DNA of 11,508 nucleotides, taken from positions 1-11,508 of the forward strand of contig JBHHUM010000069.1 in NCBI GenBank assembly GCA_046861645.1, in the 5' to 3' direction. This DNA comes from Fidelibacterota bacterium (GTDB lineage: Bacteria; Fidelibacterota; Marinisomatia; Marinisomatales; UBA2128). The notes below the pieces were generated by a model. It was not told where the DNA came from, made no database searches, and was given only the letters and a program-made list of their open reading frames with translations. Position numbers and translations under genes: made by a program. Of this stretch, positions 8,412-11,508 are shown in pieces (positions within the stretch are counted from its first letter, which is position 1; every line of letters begins with the position of its first letter).

Positions 8412-9329
8412 CTATTTGGGGATAATGGGTCTCTTGATCCTTGCCGTGGCAACAGCACAGAAAGTACCATAACCGCCTTCCACACCGAATTCAGGTCCAC
8501 TACCTCCTGCCCCCATGAGGAAATTGACAAATTCATCATCATGTCCATGTTTAATGAAATATTCATAGTAATTATCATCCATTGTAATGAGTTCGATGGT
8601 TAGTGTATTCGACTGATCCCAACCAGATGTATCTCCTCCACAGTTCTCTACAGATGCTGTCCAGGTTGAGTCTCCTTTCTCAATAACGTCTGCATGCTCG
8701 GCACCACAAATCCAATTGTATGATGAAGTCATCATCCGGCTATAATGATTAGGCATGGTCTTAAATTTGATTGTGTACGGTCTATTCGTATCAATAGAAT
8801 CTGGTACCGAATCCTCTATTATTTCCGGGAGAGGAGGTGTCGTTACTTCTCCGATTAACTCTCTGCCATCCGGAGTTTTGACTGTCAGAAAATAGGTCTT
8901 CTCCGGTTCGGGAATAAATAAACCGAGCGTATCTATGTAGATGCTCCCCGACCAGAAATTATCAAAATACCACATTTGTTCAGACTGATACTCATCTTCA
9001 ATGAGAAATAAGTTGTAGGTTGAGTCATTATCAGAAATCTGGACCACGGCATCTGTCACATTAAATCTTGATTCCAAAACATTATAAACTTGGTATTCAT
9101 CGAGATCTTCACCATACCAGAATGTATCGGTACCCACTACTTCCCAAACAGGTCCTTCCAAACCCAATGTCTGACGCACCTGAATAAAAGTAGGGATCGA
9201 ATCATCTAATGAAATGAAGGCAAAGACATTAAGCTCAGATTTATAATTCGAAGTTACATCTTCCCATTTAGAATCGATACAACCCAGTCCTAAAAACAGA
9301 AGGATAAAAAATGGAAGTAATCTTTTCAT
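8412..9329 (-). CDS. Lipoprotein, probable DUF4249 family (TonB-receptor partner)
   Basis: Likely start MKRLLPFFILLFLGLGC at 9329, one nt after the receptor's TGA, with a lipobox Cys. DAVVQISD, PEKTYFLTVKTPDGRELIGEVTTP, DDNYYEY and VEGGYGTF resemble DUF4249 proteins. The family is recognised by motif and context, not by a search. Confidence 0.7.
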   Translation of the reverse strand: MKRLLPFFILLFLGLGCIDSKWEDVTSNYKSELNVFAFISLDDSIPTFIQVRQTLGLEGPVWEVVGTDTFWYGEDLDEYQVYNVLESRFNVTDAVVQISDNDSTYNLFLIEDEYQSEQMWYFDNFWSGSIYIDTLGLFIPEPEKTYFLTVKTPDGRELIGEVTTPPLPEIIEDSVPDSIDTNRPYTIKFKTMPNHYSRMMTSSYNWICGAEHADVIEKGDSTWTASVENCGGDTSGWDQSNTLTIELITMDDNYYEYFIKHGHDDEFVNFLMGAGGSGPEFGVEGGYGTFCAVATARIKRPIIPK

Positions 9330-9330
9330 T

Positions 9331-11415
9331 TCAGAATTCAAATCTCAGACCAAAGGTAGGCATGAAAGGAAACATGGGTACACCACCCCGTTCCACTCCT
9401 TCGTATTGATCGGTACGACGATTATACTTATCCCGATACATATAAGTAAAATAGTTCAGATGATTGGTAACATTGAGTATTTCCAAGTACCACTCCCGGT
9501 AGCCGTTAAAGAATGGTTTCCGCTTCACTAGACTGATGTCCCAACGGAAATAAGGAGGATAACGTTCACTATTACGTTCACCTGTTAACCAACGATCCCA
9601 TAAGTCCCAATCTAAATTTGGCCCCAAGGTATATTCACTCCAGGATTCGTATCTCCCAATGATAGGAGTGTATGGATTCCCAGATGAATAGCTCAATGCT
9701 GTACTGAAGTGAATATTCTCAGTCAACTGCATATCTGCCACCAAATTCAAGGTATGCGTCCGATCATATTTGGGGTAATACCAACCATGAAGTGAAGTGT
9801 ACCATTTCGTCTGAGCAAAAGAGTACCCGATCCATCCTTTAATCCTTCCAGTAGTTTGTTTGGCCAGAAATTCTAAACCGTAAGCATAGGCATCAGTATC
9901 AAGGAATTCATTAAAAGGATCAAATTTTATTTCATCTTCTTCTTCAGCAAACATATTGCCTTGTTTTAAGGTAATTAACCGGTTGAAATCCTTATAGTAG
10001 CTTTCCACTCTAAAGAGAATATTCCGAGGAGAAAGATATTCCACTCCCAGGATGGAATGAGTCGCCACTGGAGCTGGATTCTCCTTAGGAATACCTAACC
10101 AAATATCAATAAAACGCATATTTTCATCCTGAGGATTTGCCGTAGCAAGAAACTGGTGGAAACGACCCCAATTAAATTTGATATTTAAATCTGGAGTCAA
10201 AAGGTACTTCAAGCCAATACGAGGTTCGAAATAGAAGGTATCATGAAGACTATAACGTGAAACCCTGACTCCTAACTCTGTAGAAAAACGGTCGGAAACT
10301 TCCCAGCGATCCTGCAGGTAGATAGATTGTTCGTAGGGTTTATCCAACATCCAGAGGGCCGTATCCTGGAAAGTATAGAAAGTATCCTGTTCTAGAAAAC
10401 CCCAACCAAAAGTTAAACCTAGATTGAACTTCAAATCCTTATGCTGAAATCCACCAGTTATAGTTTGACGATCATCAGGAACCCAGGTCAACTCCGTCTC
10501 TATGGTACGATCATTTACAATATCAAAAACATCAAAGTTGTATTTTTCCTCCCAACGAGATGTATCTGTACCTTCTGAGTAATACTCCTCATAAGCATTG
10601 TCCATAGCAATCCAGAAACGGAAGCGACTGGAAGCTAAAAAAGTTTTGGCCACCAACCGAGGTGAAACAATCCAGCGCCAGGTAAGAGAGTTCGTAAAAT
10701 TTCCCCAGCGCCAATCCATGAGGAAATCCTCATGATATTCTTCATACCAGTTTTCATAAACACTACCATAGGCGTCATCTTCTTTAAAATCAATATAAAA
10801 TACATCATCTCCATAGAATGTACTTAAGGTTAAACGATGATCTGACCCCAGGTCCAGGTTAAGTTTTCCTTCAAAATCGTAGAAAAAGTAAGGAAAACCA
10901 AAATATTCAGGATCATCTTTAATACCGGCTGTCATCGCCAGTAAATCAACAATGGTATCAAAGTAAGTTCGTCGACCCGCTAACATCCATGAACCCTTTA
11001 ACCGACTCCACTGAGGTACAGGACCTTCCATTAAGATTTTACTGGATATAAGCGATATATTCCCTTGTGCATGAAACTCTTCACTGTTTCCTTCACGGTT
11101 AATGATATTCAGGATAGAGCCCATCCTCCCACCATAACGGGCTGGAAAGCCACCGGCATTAAACTGTGCTTCTTTGATGGCATCCGTATTGAAAGTTGAA
11201 AAGATACCGCCTAAATGAAAGGGGTTGTAAACTGTGATACCATCCAGCATAATCAGATTCTGATCGGGGGTGCTGCCCCGCACATAAAGAGCGCTGGAAA
11301 AATCGTTGATAGTCTGGATACCTGGTAGATGCTGCAAAGTACGAAAGACATCCGCTTCTATAAAAGCCGGAGCTACCTCGATTTCCCTCATATCGAGGGT
11401 AATAGTACTGGGTTC
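9331..11415 (-). CDS. TonB-dependent outer-membrane receptor, 5'-truncated
   Basis: Plug motifs DVFRTLQHLPGI, YVRGSTPDQNLIMLDG, HLGGIFSTFN and GGFPARYGGR. The barrel ends in the beta-signal GLRFEF. The frame continues upstream of Met 11391 as EPSTITLD to ~11415, then enters foreign sequence and meets TGA at 11446-11448. No signal peptide is present. Confidence 0.9.
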   Translation of the reverse strand, partial: EPSTITLDMREIEVAPAFIEADVFRTLQHLPGIQTINDFSSALYVRGSTPDQNLIMLDGITVYNPFHLGGIFSTFNTDAIKEAQFNAGGFPARYGGRMGSILNIINREGNSEEFHAQGNISLISSKILMEGPVPQWSRLKGSWMLAGRRTYFDTIVDLLAMTAGIKDDPEYFGFPYFFYDFEGKLNLDLGSDHRLTLSTFYGDDVFYIDFKEDDAYGSVYENWYEEYHEDFLMDWRWGNFTNSLTWRWIVSPRLVAKTFLASSRFRFWIAMDNAYEEYYSEGTDTSRWEEKYNFDVFDIVNDRTIETELTWVPDDRQTITGGFQHKDLKFNLGLTFGWGFLEQDTFYTFQDTALWMLDKPYEQSIYLQDRWEVSDRFSTELGVRVSRYSLHDTFYFEPRIGLKYLLTPDLNIKFNWGRFHQFLATANPQDENMRFIDIWLGIPKENPAPVATHSILGVEYLSPRNILFRVESYYKDFNRLITLKQGNMFAEEEDEIKFDPFNEFLDTDAYAYGLEFLAKQTTGRIKGWIGYSFAQTKWYTSLHGWYYPKYDRTHTLNLVADMQLTENIHFSTALSYSSGNPYTPIIGRYESWSEYTLGPNLDWDLWDRWLTGERNSERYPPYFRWDISLVKRKPFFNGYREWYLEILNVTNHLNYFTYMYRDKYNRRTDQYEGVERGGVPMFPFMPTFGLRFEF

Positions 11416-11506
11416 CGGCCGGGTTATCCGCCCCGCGGTTGATCTTCAGGCCGCTCGACAGACGTTCGAGCGAAAGACGCAGCGCCTGTTGCGACGTCTG
11501 CAGATT
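11414..11506 (-). other. fliC: Foreign high-GC fragment encoding part of a flagellin N-terminal helical domain
   Basis: Minus-strand translation NLQTSQQALRLSLERLSSGLKINRGADNPAG matches the flagellin signature (S)LERLSSGL(R/K)IN..ADD.AG. 60 of 93 bases in 11416-11508 are G/C. Confidence 0.85.
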
Positions 11507-11508
11507 CC

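Noticed and set aside
7715..8578. ORFs 7715-8050, 7795-7998, 8146-8472 (+) and 8375-8578 (-)
   Set aside because: They overlap dppA or the lipoprotein gene in antisense or alternative frames and show no independent coding evidence.
9330..9341. TTG start at 9341 for the lipoprotein
   Set aside because: The ATG at 9329, directly after the receptor stop, yields a canonical MKR-hydrophobic-Cys signal peptide.
11392..11508. Genuine flagellin-TonB receptor fusion protein, or an IS end
   Set aside because: The two frames differ, GC content shifts abruptly, and no terminal inverted repeat or transposase is visible.

Overview
An AT-rich bacterial chromosomal segment with all credible genes on the minus strand. 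In transcription order (right to left): a 5'-truncated TonB-dependent receptor, a DUF4249-like lipoprotein, an M55 D-aminopeptidase (dppA-type), uvrB, galE, a sigma-54 enhancer-binding protein with no sensor domain, an LptE-family lipoprotein with an inserted acidic DGxDNDGDG motif, asnS, a vapB-vapC toxin-antitoxin pair with a clear sigma-70 promoter and palindromic operator, and the 5' part of a TIGR00725/LOG-like gene missing from the ORF track. The bEBP-lptE and TBDR-DUF4249 pairings suggest an FCB-group diderm. The GGAGG Shine-Dalgarno sites argue against Bacteroidia, so a Marinimicrobia-like lineage is plausible (inference only). The last ~95 bp are foreign: ~64% GC, encoding an N-terminal flagellin fragment joined out of frame to the receptor gene, most likely a chimeric contig end. 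I found no CRISPR array, tRNA, rRNA or transposase. The window is mostly housekeeping. The best leads are the LptE insertion, the sensor-less bEBP operon and the TBDR-lipoprotein-D-aminopeptidase cluster.
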